Below, one piece after another: positions 36,963 to 47,768 of a stretch of 64,000 nt of DNA. The notes below the pieces were generated by a model. That model made no database searches and had not been told where the DNA came from. It worked only from the letters and a program-made list of their open reading frames with translations. The stretch covers positions 2,664-66,663 of the forward strand of contig JAQVYX010000002.1 of the NCBI GenBank assembly GCA_029004715.1, given 5' to 3'. The position numbers were made by a program, and so were the translations under genes. Numbering within the stretch: position 1 is the first letter of the stretch; every line of letters begins with the position of its first letter. The DNA comes from Acidaminococcaceae bacterium (lineage in GTDB: Bacteria > Bacillota > Negativicutes > Acidaminococcales > Acidaminococcaceae).

Positions 36963-37895
36963 CTAATTCATATAGCAGGAAGTAGAAAATTTTTCTAGCA
37001 CAGACTTATCACCCTGCATGGAAAATCCATCGCCTAGCTCAATCCTACCTGCGCTGACTATTATACCACATATACTCACATTTCGCCCAATGTATATTGG
37101 CCCCTTAGCAAACAAAAAAGCATGTTCCAACTTAACATTATCTCCTATAATAATTTTATCATTGCAAATAAGCCAAAGTTTGCCACTACTATGACAATTT
37201 TTTTGAAGGTTAATTGGATTGCCTGAATATAAAACTCCATTGCCTTTTATAATAGTATTATTGCCAATAATATAGAGGCCGCTACTAACACCATTATCAT
37301 TGGCATATATTCTACTTAACAACCCGACCTCCCTTAGCGCACAAGCATCTGGCAAAGGCATGCTTTTATACTTTAAATAACCTTTTGTATCTATTGTTGG
37401 CACAATATTAGTTAGTGGATAATTAGCAGGTAAAAGGTCCTTAGGAATGTTGCCAATTATTTCTTGACCACTGTATATTATATTATTATAAATTTCATGA
37501 TTTGTTCCACCAGGTGGTTCTAGCTGCAAATGCTGCATTTGCCAAGCAACATTTTTACTTTTAATTTCTACATTAACGGCACGCAAGGGCAAAGTTGCGC
37601 AATTTTCCACTTGAATTTGCGGCACCACACTTTCAGCCCCGGGATAGAGCAAAATTGTCGGTAACCTTTTGCTGCTTAACTTAACTGGTTCTTTTGTTTG
37701 CAAAGCTTGCAACATTAAATCTATACCTAAGACTACAATTTGACGCTGTCGAATATATTCCTGCTGCGACTTAGCTTGTTGGCAAACAATATGTAAAATA
37801 CCTTGGGTAAGTATAAATAAAAAGACCACTAAAAAGATTACTGATAGAACAGCAAACCCTCTTTGATGTGGTCTTAAATAACACAGCCGTTGCAT
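36963..37895 (-). CDS. Large terminal pseudopilin-like protein (GspK/ComGG position) lacking Glu5
   Basis: N-terminus ...HQRG|FAVLSVIFLVVFLFIL (prepilin-like hydrophobic helix, Ser at +5); 310 aa; the C-terminal about 100 aa are rich in short G/N-punctuated beta-strand repeats. Confidence 0.5.
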   Translation of the reverse strand: MQRLCYLRPHQRGFAVLSVIFLVVFLFILTQGILHIVCQQAKSQQEYIRQRQIVVLGIDLMLQALQTKEPVKLSSKRLPTILLYPGAESVVPQIQVENCATLPLRAVNVEIKSKNVAWQMQHLQLEPPGGTNHEIYNNIIYSGQEIIGNIPKDLLPANYPLTNIVPTIDTKGYLKYKSMPLPDACALREVGLLSRIYANDNGVSSGLYIIGNNTIIKGNGVLYSGNPINLQKNCHSSGKLWLICNDKIIIGDNVKLEHAFLFAKGPIYIGRNVSICGIIVSAGRIELGDGFSMQGDKSVLEKFSTSCYMN

Positions 37896-38389
37896 AGACG
37901 TATCACCTCGACAAAAGTTTTACAGCGCCCTAAAGTCGTTATTTTTATTTGCATTTTTAATCGCAAAGTATGTGCATTAATTTTTTCACACTGCCATTGT
38001 TCTATGGAAACTTCAGGGGAACTAAGGGGATTTATTCCTGCAGTTCGGTCTTCTATTTTAGTGCTTTTATATATTGCTGTTTTGTTTCTCTCATTAGGCA
38101 TATTTCGACAATAAAAAACAACTGAACGTCTAAGACCAATATTTTGGCATATTATCATGCTGCCATATTTATTTTCCTCAAGGACTATCTCTCTAGTACT
38201 ATAAACTAGCTCGCTTTCTACACTGCTGATAATTACTCGTGCTGCACGATGCAATTCTATATCAGCGTAAATTCTCCCCAAAGAACCTATCTTTTGTAAG
38301 AAAAGTTGATAAAATGTGGCAAATAGGACACATATAAACATAGTGGCAAGAAGAATTTCTAACAATAAGAACCCGTTTCTCCTAGTCAT
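37874..38389 (-). CDS. Minor pseudopilin (GspJ/ComGF position)
   Basis: MTRRNG|FLLLEILLATMF prepilin-type N-terminal motif with Glu5; overlaps both neighbours. Confidence 0.6.
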   Translation of the reverse strand: MTRRNGFLLLEILLATMFICVLFATFYQLFLQKIGSLGRIYADIELHRAARVIISSVESELVYSTREIVLEENKYGSMIICQNIGLRRSVVFYCRNMPNERNKTAIYKSTKIEDRTAGINPLSSPEVSIEQWQCEKINAHTLRLKMQIKITTLGRCKTFVEVIRLCNGCVI

Positions 38390-38720
38390 AACCCACTAAA
38401 TTAACTACGGGTATAGTTTCCCCCATCAAATAGACTTCCACAAACAATATTTTATAATTACTATTTGTACCCACAGGTATTTTCCCTCCTCGGATCCGGA
38501 AATTTTCCTGTTGTTTATCCACTTGCTCAACTGCCGTATTACCTCTTAGCTCCAACAATGTTGCCTGAGCTAGTCCAAAAGCTTCGTGTGTATAGTTATG
38601 CCGCAACATAATCCTAACTCCAACGCAGTAAAAAGAAACAACACTTAACCCCCCCACAATAACAATAAGTATTGCCGCTACTAATTCTAAAATAATAAAC
38701 CCCTTACGTTCTTTATTCAT
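38382..38720 (-). CDS. Minor pseudopilin (GspI/ComGE position)
   Basis: MNKERKG|FIILELVAAILIV prepilin-type N-terminal motif with Glu5; 112 aa. Confidence 0.65.
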   Translation of the reverse strand: MNKERKGFIILELVAAILIVIVGGLSVVSFYCVGVRIMLRHNYTHEAFGLAQATLLELRGNTAVEQVDKQQENFRIRGGKIPVGTNSNYKILFVEVYLMGETIPVVNLVGYD

Positions 38721-39201
38721 CTTTTATAACAATACGCCCAGTAACAGGCTGTACTTCAACAATTTTTTTAACTTTATCGTCATCTCTAAGTTGTACAATT
38801 ATTTTGGCATAAGCTTTGGGCACTCCCCCAGGCAAAAATTGAATTTTATTAATGCAAAACAATTTCAAACACCCCCAGCCTACTTTAGATAACATTACTG
38901 TTTTTGTTTTGCCCTGATTAATATATAGATCATAGCCTTGCCCATCACTATGTATTTTCAAACTTTGTAGATATTTATCTTTAATATAAAAAGACCTTGT
39001 TTGCATTGCTGATAACTCTAATCTAAGATAATGGCAAGCACTATTTAGTTTCATTATTTTACTTTGTTGCTGCCATAACTTATAGCTAGGATAAAAAGCT
39101 ATTTCTAGTATTAGGATAAGCACAATAGCAAGAACTACTTCTATTAAGGTAAACCCCTTAGTAAACCGTCTATCGGATATTTTCGGTAGCTTAGCCTTCA
39201 T
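38713..39201 (-). CDS. Minor pseudopilin (GspH/FimT/ComGD position)
   Basis: ...RRFTKG|FTLIEVVLAIVLIL N-methylation motif; 162 aa; SD AGGAG 9 nt upstream. Confidence 0.7.
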   Translation of the reverse strand: MKAKLPKISDRRFTKGFTLIEVVLAIVLILILEIAFYPSYKLWQQQSKIMKLNSACHYLRLELSAMQTRSFYIKDKYLQSLKIHSDGQGYDLYINQGKTKTVMLSKVGWGCLKLFCINKIQFLPGGVPKAYAKIIVQLRDDDKVKKIVEVQPVTGRIVIKDE

Positions 39202-39222
39202 TTAGTCCCACTCCTAAAATAA

Positions 39223-39612
39223 TCATTTAAGCGTTATCTCACCGGAAGAATTTATCTTGTCCCCCTTAGAATTAGTCCCAGAAAGCTTATAGGTAATATC
39301 GGAGTCTCCCTTCTGATATTCAATACCTTTATATGTTTCGTGCTCAATATATCTGTTTTTTTTAAGGACTGCCAAGTCTTCAGGAACAGTACCGTCATGT
39401 TCTAACTGATATATTTTTATTGCTCCCTCAATTTTTGCCAACGTACTTATAATTTTAGTATTCTCAGCACGATCCATCGCCACCTCAATAGATGGAACTA
39501 AAGCTACAGCTAAAACGCCTATTATGGCCATAACCGCTACCAGTTCTATTAGCGTGAAACCCCTGCTGCTTTTACGTACTGTGATTTTATGCTGCATAAT
39601 TTGCTTAAACAT
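39223..39612 (-). CDS. Major pseudopilin (GspG/ComGC-like)
   Basis: ...RKSSRG|FTLIELVAVMAIIGVLAVALVP. Start set to ATG 39610-39612, 9 nt after AGGAG; the ORF-track start at 39621 is TTG. Confidence 0.8.
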   Translation of the reverse strand: MFKQIMQHKITVRKSSRGFTLIELVAVMAIIGVLAVALVPSIEVAMDRAENTKIISTLAKIEGAIKIYQLEHDGTVPEDLAVLKKNRYIEHETYKGIEYQKGDSDITYKLSGTNSKGDKINSSGEITLK

Positions 39613-39627
39613 AGTCTTCAACTCCTA

Positions 39628-40827
39628 TTATTTATAGTCTGGCAGCCCAGACATTAAACCCAGTATCGGCGACGTTATAGAAAAAACAATACACCCTACT
39701 AACAAAGCAATGAACACCATAAGTATAGGTTCAATCATAGCTTTTAGATTTTTCAGCTTAGCTTGCAAATCTTTATCTGTAATATTAGCTGCCTCCATAA
39801 GCATTTCTGCCAAGTTTCCGCTCTCTTCACCCACAGCGATAAATTCTAGGGTTGTAGGGTCAAAGATTTCACTACAAACCGCCGCTGCCTTACTGACAAG
39901 CATACCTTGTAAAACTTCACTGCTTAAGTGTTCGCTTTGCCTGCGTAGTATTTCCAAGGATAATGTTTCTCCTGCTGCCTTAAGTGCTGACGGCAGCGCA
40001 ATTCCACTAGATAGCATAATAGACAGTATCCTGCAATAACGTACTTCCAACAAATCATGATAACAAGATCTAATTAAGGGCAATTTTAGTAGTAAAACTT
40101 GCCACTTTTCTCTCCCTTTGTATATTTGCCATATAAGTATAAAAAGCATAAAAAAAAATTCCCAACGAAAATCAGTAAAGGCTTTTCCCAAGAAAAGCAA
40201 TATGCTTAAAGACATGCTGGGCTCCACTTGCATTGTTATATATAAATCCAGCAGAAGTGGTAATACCGTGCACAAAAAGTACATAAAAGTTAGTCCAGCA
40301 AGCAACAAAACAATAACGGGATAAATACAAGCATTTACTAAAAATCTTTGCTCTTGCACTTTTTTTTGATAAAAAGCTGCCAATTGCGCAAAAAGTACCG
40401 CTATATTTCCGCTGCTTTCCCCTGCCTCAACAATTCTAACGTCAGTGTGATTAAATATTGGAAACAATTTTCGCATAGCAATAGAAAATGCCAACCCCTT
40501 AAATAAATCTGCTTCCATATTCACACAAATTTCTGCCAATATTCCTGTACTTTTATTTCTAATAATTTCCAAGGCTCTAAGCAGTGTAATGCCACTATTT
40601 AGCAAAGTTGATAATTGTCTGAAAAAGTTTTCTTTACTTTTATTCGTTATTTTTTTCGTACTCCATATTCTTTTATAATTATACCAATTGTTTATCTTTT
40701 GTATCTTTGTAACATATCCATGTCGTTCTTGTACGTATTCTGCTACTTCTCGATCACTACAGGCTAGTAACTGACCAGTAAAAATCTTGCCACTTTTATT
40801 GCGAGCACGCCACCGATACAATTGCAA
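39628..40827 (-). CDS. Type II secretion / type IV pilus platform protein (GspF/PilC/ComGB family); start uncertain (40827, 40893, 41004 or 41022)
   Basis: Two T2SSF repeats and 3 TM segments. TTG 40825-40827 lies 7 nt after AAAGGAGG. It gives a 399-aa product (400 codons with the stop) starting MQLYRWRARNKSGKIFTG, which parallels FNFKARRRTGEIVVG in paralog PilC at 59674..60903. Confidence 0.85.
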   Translation of the reverse strand: MQLYRWRARNKSGKIFTGQLLACSDREVAEYVQERHGYVTKIQKINNWYNYKRIWSTKKITNKSKENFFRQLSTLLNSGITLLRALEIIRNKSTGILAEICVNMEADLFKGLAFSIAMRKLFPIFNHTDVRIVEAGESSGNIAVLFAQLAAFYQKKVQEQRFLVNACIYPVIVLLLAGLTFMYFLCTVLPLLLDLYITMQVEPSMSLSILLFLGKAFTDFRWEFFFMLFILIWQIYKGREKWQVLLLKLPLIRSCYHDLLEVRYCRILSIMLSSGIALPSALKAAGETLSLEILRRQSEHLSSEVLQGMLVSKAAAVCSEIFDPTTLEFIAVGEESGNLAEMLMEAANITDKDLQAKLKNLKAMIEPILMVFIALLVGCIVFSITSPILGLMSGLPDYK

Positions 40828-41040
40828 TCCCTCGCCTCCTTTCCAACTGGGATAAGAGCAACCTTCTCCACTGGTGCCTTGTTTTCCTTCCATATTTGTA
40901 GTCTTTTGCACAATAGGGTATTTAGCTGTGATAATTGGGTAGTTATATAAAAAAATAAAAGTAAAGTTTTCTCCTAAAATACTTCGGTCAAAAATATTAT
41001 CCACAAAAAGTACACCTCCCAATTTTGGGGTTCTATACTA

Positions 41041-41076
41041 AATGTTGGAGTGATTTCTCACTCCAACATTTTTTTG
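41041..41076 (+). terminator. Perfect intrinsic-terminator hairpin oriented for the plus strand, between two minus-strand operons
   Basis: 13-bp perfect stem aatgttggagtga-tttc-tcactccaacatt followed by further Ts (a continuous T7 run counting the last two stem Ts) on the plus strand; on the minus strand it is preceded by an A-run and has no U-tract. Confidence 0.5.
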
Positions 41077-41102
41077 CATCGTTTTGCTTTGAAAATTAAG
41101 GC

Positions 41103-41137
41103 ATAAAAATACCGGTGGTCATTATATGACCACCAGT
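41103..41137 (-). terminator. Rho-independent terminator of the ruvC...secDF gene string
   Basis: ctggtggtcat-ata-atgaccaccgg stem followed by tATTTTTAt on the minus strand, about 95 nt after the secF stop. Confidence 0.7.
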
Positions 41138-41230
41138 GAGATTAACTTGTATTGGGTTACCCCAACATTTTACAGAGAACCTTTTTAATTTTTAACACAC
41201 GCACAAATCCAGTTTGAATTTTAGATAAGT

Positions 41231-42145
41231 TTAAACTGCCTTTGTTTTCGAAGAAATAGAACTACCTTTTTCGCTGTTTAGCTTCAATTTTCCCCACATT
41301 GGGCCTGATAAGAATGTAGAAGTATAGAAACCACTTGAGAAACCAACTAACATTGCAAAAGCAAAGTTATGAATAGTATCTCCGCCAAATAAGAAGATAG
41401 CGGCAATAGCAAATAAGGTTGACAGCATTGTATATAAGGAACGAGTCATACATTGCCAAATACTTTTATCTACCATCTGCCCCAAGTCTTCACTACGGCG
41501 ATGGTTTTTTAGATTTTCACGAATTCGGTCAAATATTACAATGGTACCATTAACAGAATAACCTACAACTGTAAGTAGTGCCGCCACAAAAGAAGAGTCC
41601 ATTTCCAATTGGAAGAGGGAAAAATAGCTAAGTACAACAGTAACATCAATCATTAAAGCAATAATAGCCGCCATTGCAAATTTAAATTCAAAACGGAAGG
41701 TAATATATATAATCATCAAAATCCAAGACAAGACAACAGCCATAGCTGCTTGTTGAACCAATTCACTACCTACGGTAGCGCCTACTTGTTCTACTCTAAG
41801 CACTTTATATGTACCTAGTTTAGACTTTAAGTCCTGCATAATAACATGACGTTCATTATCATTATCACTAAGAATCCCTGTTCTAATCAAAACAGAGTCG
41901 CTCTCTTTAATATTGCCATTAGATGTTCCCAGCTGTATGACACTATTACCTAGATCATGTTCTTTTAAAACATCACGAACCTGAGCAACACTAACAGGAT
42001 TGTCAAACTTTAAATCAATAATACTACCACCAGTAAAATCAATGCCCAAATTAAAACCACGCATAAACATAGAACCAATGCCTATAAGCAGAAAAATAAT
42101 CGTAATCGAAAAGAAAATTTTGTAATTTTTAAAAATAGAAAACAT
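41231..42145 (-). CDS. secF: Protein translocase subunit SecF
   Basis: 304 aa; 6-TM SecD/SecF-family core (GIDFTGGS, FDRIRE). Confidence 0.95.
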   Translation of the reverse strand: MFSIFKNYKIFFSITIIFLLIGIGSMFMRGFNLGIDFTGGSIIDLKFDNPVSVAQVRDVLKEHDLGNSVIQLGTSNGNIKESDSVLIRTGILSDNDNERHVIMQDLKSKLGTYKVLRVEQVGATVGSELVQQAAMAVVLSWILMIIYITFRFEFKFAMAAIIALMIDVTVVLSYFSLFQLEMDSSFVAALLTVVGYSVNGTIVIFDRIRENLKNHRRSEDLGQMVDKSIWQCMTRSLYTMLSTLFAIAAIFLFGGDTIHNFAFAMLVGFSSGFYTSTFLSGPMWGKLKLNSEKGSSISSKTKAV

Positions 42146-43377
42146 TATTTAGCCACCTCCTTTTTAGGAGCAGCTGCACCATAAAAAGCAGGATTTGAAG
42201 TAATATTGCTAGCAATTAAAAAGCGTAGCATATAACGGGTCACGGCAACAGCGGTAAACATACTAATTAAAACACCAAGAGCCAGTGTAATAGCAAAACC
42301 CTTGATGGGCCCTGTTCCTAAATAAAATAACACAGCAGCCGCCATTAACGTAGTAATATTCGAATCTAAAATTGTTATAAAAGCACGAGAAAATCCTGCT
42401 TCCATTGCTGAGCGCAAAGTTTTGCCTTTTATTACTTCTTCTTTAAATCTTTCAAAAATCAAAACATTGGCATCAACCGCCATGCCTATAGAAAGTATTA
42501 TTCCGGCTATACCAGGCAGCGTCAAGGTAGCATTAAGACCACGCATAATAGCTAAAAGCAATAATGTGTAGAACAAAAGTACAATATCAGCAACTAGTCC
42601 AGAAGCACGATAAAAAACAAGCATGAACAGAAAAATTCCGCCTAAACCAATTGCAAAGGCTTTGACGCTTTTGTCTTTGGAATCTTGTCCTAAAGTAGGC
42701 CCTACAGTTCTGTTTTCCAACATTTCCAGTTGCACCGGTAAGGAACCACTACGCAATAAAATAGCTAAATGTTCAGCCTCTTCCATGTTGCGAGAACCTG
42801 ATATTTGCGCTTTGCCGCCAGTAATGGCCTCATTAACCACAGGAGAAGTAAGAACCTGTCCATCCAAGGAAATTGAAATTTGTTTCCCAATATTTTGAGA
42901 AGTTAAAATGGCAAACTTCTTCCCACCCTCAACACTAAAATCGAGGCCAACAACAGGCTTACCATTTTGACCAACACTTGCCTTGGAATCTTTTAAATCC
43001 TTACCTGTCATTACTGTCTTACCAGTCATATCTTTAAATTCCAAAAGAGCAGTACGACCTAACATGGCAATTGCTTTTTCCGGATCTTTTACACCTGGTA
43101 ATTCTACAATAATACGATCTTTGCCTTGGCGTTGAATAACCGGTTCTGTCAATCCTAGTTCATTAACACGGCGTTCAATGATTTTTACAGACCTATTTAA
43201 AGCATCATCATCAACTTTAGCATTTGGTGTATCCACCGCTTGCAAAACAACATGTGTACCGCCTTGCAAATCAAGACCTTGTTTAACGGTTGAGGCTAGG
43301 GGTTTAATAAAGAAACCAAACGATACCACAATTGCCACAACCAAAATTAAAAATTTGGTCATATTATCCCATCTCAA
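42145..43377 (-). CDS. secD: Protein translocase subunit SecD
   Basis: 410 aa; LDLQGG and periplasmic-type P1 domain; FERFKEE. TTG start 7 nt after AGGAGGAG; stop overlaps the secF start. Confidence 0.95.
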   Translation of the reverse strand: MRWDNMTKFLILVVAIVVSFGFFIKPLASTVKQGLDLQGGTHVVLQAVDTPNAKVDDDALNRSVKIIERRVNELGLTEPVIQRQGKDRIIVELPGVKDPEKAIAMLGRTALLEFKDMTGKTVMTGKDLKDSKASVGQNGKPVVGLDFSVEGGKKFAILTSQNIGKQISISLDGQVLTSPVVNEAITGGKAQISGSRNMEEAEHLAILLRSGSLPVQLEMLENRTVGPTLGQDSKDKSVKAFAIGLGGIFLFMLVFYRASGLVADIVLLFYTLLLLAIMRGLNATLTLPGIAGIILSIGMAVDANVLIFERFKEEVIKGKTLRSAMEAGFSRAFITILDSNITTLMAAAVLFYLGTGPIKGFAITLALGVLISMFTAVAVTRYMLRFLIASNITSNPAFYGAAAPKKEVAK

Positions 43378-43400
43378 ATTCTTTCTCCTCCTAACAACTA

Positions 43401-43973
43401 CTATAGTATTTTATCACATGCCAGTAGTAACCTTTCCGTTACTAAGTACTGCATAGTAATATCGTATTCATCTGTGGGTATTGCAACTGCAACTTGCAAG
43501 GAGTGAGACACTCCCACAATCGCAGCTTGTGTTGCTTGAGGAAGAAATTGATCATAATAGCCTTTTCCCATACCCATACGCGCACCACACTTGGTGAAAC
43601 CTACACCAGGAACCAAAATGAGATTCAATGTCTGAGGCCTGATAACTTCATATGGTTCCATAGGCGTACGTATACCAAACTTATCCAAACAAAATTCTTT
43701 CAGTCCAGTAATTCTAACTGCCTGCATGAAATTCGAACCGTAAACTACCTGCGGAACGCAGACTATTTTACCATCGGCAAGTGCTTGTTGCAATACTAAA
43801 TCTATAGAAACTTCTTTGCCAAAAGACAAATAACCCATAATAATATTAGCCTTTTTATAAAGCTCACTATCTAAAATATGCTGGACAATTAACCTACTAT
43901 TGTTTATTACTTGCTCTTGTGGCATTGCTGCGCGTTTAAACTGCAACTCATGCCTTGCACTACTCTTATCCAT
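43401..43973 (-). CDS. 5-formyltetrahydrofolate cyclo-ligase
   Basis: 190 aa; family motifs LVPGVGF...G.RMGMGKGYYD. Confidence 0.85.
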   Translation of the reverse strand: MDKSSARHELQFKRAAMPQEQVINNSRLIVQHILDSELYKKANIIMGYLSFGKEVSIDLVLQQALADGKIVCVPQVVYGSNFMQAVRITGLKEFCLDKFGIRTPMEPYEVIRPQTLNLILVPGVGFTKCGARMGMGKGYYDQFLPQATQAAIVGVSHSLQVAVAIPTDEYDITMQYLVTERLLLACDKIL

Positions 43974-43974
43974 T

Positions 43975-44265
43975 TTATTTATTTTCTATTTCTTCCTGAA
44001 CATGGCTTACAGCACCTTTAATAACCTTTACTTCAAGGCCTTCTGCAATCTTTAGCATAACATTATTTTCGTTAACTTTTGTTATTTCACCACAAATGCC
44101 ACCAAGAGTAACTACTTTATTCCCACGCTTTAAGGCATTAAGCATTTCAGTTCTTTTTTTCTGTTCTTTTTTTTGTGGTCTATACAGCATAAAATAAAAA
44201 ATTAAACCCATAAGTAAAAACGGCCAAACGGTGTTAACGATATTCATAGTTTCTGTTCCTTGCAT
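43975..44265 (-). CDS. yajC: Preprotein translocase subunit YajC
   Basis: 96 aa; single TM followed by YRPQKKEQKKR and the VVT.GG..G.I motif. Confidence 0.9.
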   Translation of the reverse strand: MQGTETMNIVNTVWPFLLMGLIFYFMLYRPQKKEQKKRTEMLNALKRGNKVVTLGGICGEITKVNENNVMLKIAEGLEVKVIKGAVSHVQEEIENK

Positions 44266-44298
44266 AAAAATTCCTCCTCTTAAAAGCTATTATTTATC

Positions 44299-46720
<2,422 letters not shown>

Positions 46721-46742
46721 AGTTTTTCACACTTTCATTTTA

Positions 46743-47759
46743 TTATTTAATAAACATTGCATCGCCAAAACTAAAAAATCGATAACGTTCTTGTACTGCC
46801 ACAGCATAAGCTGCTAACATTATATTACGCGATGACAATGCCGATACCAACATTAACAAAGTGCTTTGCGGCAAATGAAAATTTGTCACTAGGGCATCGA
46901 CAAAGCGGAATTTATAGCCCGGATAAATAAATATTTTAGTCCAGTTGCCACCAGGCTGCATAGTTCCTGAAGCACCGGCAGCTTCCAAAGTACGCACAGA
47001 GGTAGTTCCAATAGCAACGATTCTACGTCCTGCTAATTTTGCCGCATTTATAGCATCTGCCGCCTGTTTACTAACCGTGTAAAATTCACTATGCATAACA
47101 TGATCCTCAATAGTGGGCTCGCTAACCGGCCTGAAAGTTCCCAGGCCTACATGCAAAGTCACAAAAACCTCTTCGATTCCCATGTCTTTAATTTTCCGCA
47201 TTAATTCCGAAGTGAAGTGTAAACCTGCCGTCGGTGCAGCGGCACTGCCCCTCTCCTTGGAATAAACAGTCTGATAACGTTCCTTATCCTCCAAAGGTTC
47301 GGTAATATAAGGTGGCAGCGGTGTCTCCCCCAACCTGTCCAAAATTTCTTCAAAAATACCATTAAAAATAAAATGGGCAACACGCCCGCCAAAATCTGTT
47401 ACTTCTTGAATTTCACAACTAAGGTCTTCACTAAATTTTATTTTAGCGCCTGGGCGCAATTTCCTGCCAGGTTTAACTAATACTTCCCAATCATTGGTGT
47501 TAAGTCGTGTTAATAAAAACACTTCTACGCGAGCTCCCGTATCCTTATAGCCATGCAATCTAGCCGGAATAACTCTAGTATCATTAAAAACCAAAAGGTC
47601 ACCTTGTTTTAAATATTCCACTAAATCATAGAAATGTCTGTGTTCCATTTTTCCATTTCCCTTGTCTACCACTAAAAGACGAGAATGATCTCGCGGCTCC
47701 AGTGGGTGCTGCGCAATTAACTCTTTGGGTAATTCATAATCGAAATCTTTTACCTGCAT
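46743..47759 (-). CDS. queA: S-adenosylmethionine:tRNA ribosyltransferase-isomerase
   Basis: 338 aa; [20 protein letters not shown]-terminus and [12 protein letters not shown] motif. Confidence 0.97.
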   Translation of the reverse strand: MQVKDFDYELPKELIAQHPLEPRDHSRLLVVDKGNGKMEHRHFYDLVEYLKQGDLLVFNDTRVIPARLHGYKDTGARVEVFLLTRLNTNDWEVLVKPGRKLRPGAKIKFSEDLSCEIQEVTDFGGRVAHFIFNGIFEEILDRLGETPLPPYITEPLEDKERYQTVYSKERGSAAAPTAGLHFTSELMRKIKDMGIEEVFVTLHVGLGTFRPVSEPTIEDHVMHSEFYTVSKQAADAINAAKLAGRRIVAIGTTSVRTLEAAGASGTMQPGGNWTKIFIYPGYKFRFVDALVTNFHLPQSTLLMLVSALSSRNIMLAAYAVAVQERYRFFSFGDAMFIK

Positions 47760-47768
47760 TTTCTCACC

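Noticed and set aside
40828-41022. The stop-free in-frame stretch upstream of the platform gene as a remnant of a lost comGA/gspE ATPase
   Set aside because: The 65-codon translation (…VDNIFDRSILGENFTFIFLYNYPIITAKYPIVQKTTNMEGKQGTSGEG…) shows no Walker, Asp-box or His-box fragments. It is kept only as an unexplained leader or N-terminal extension (see findings).
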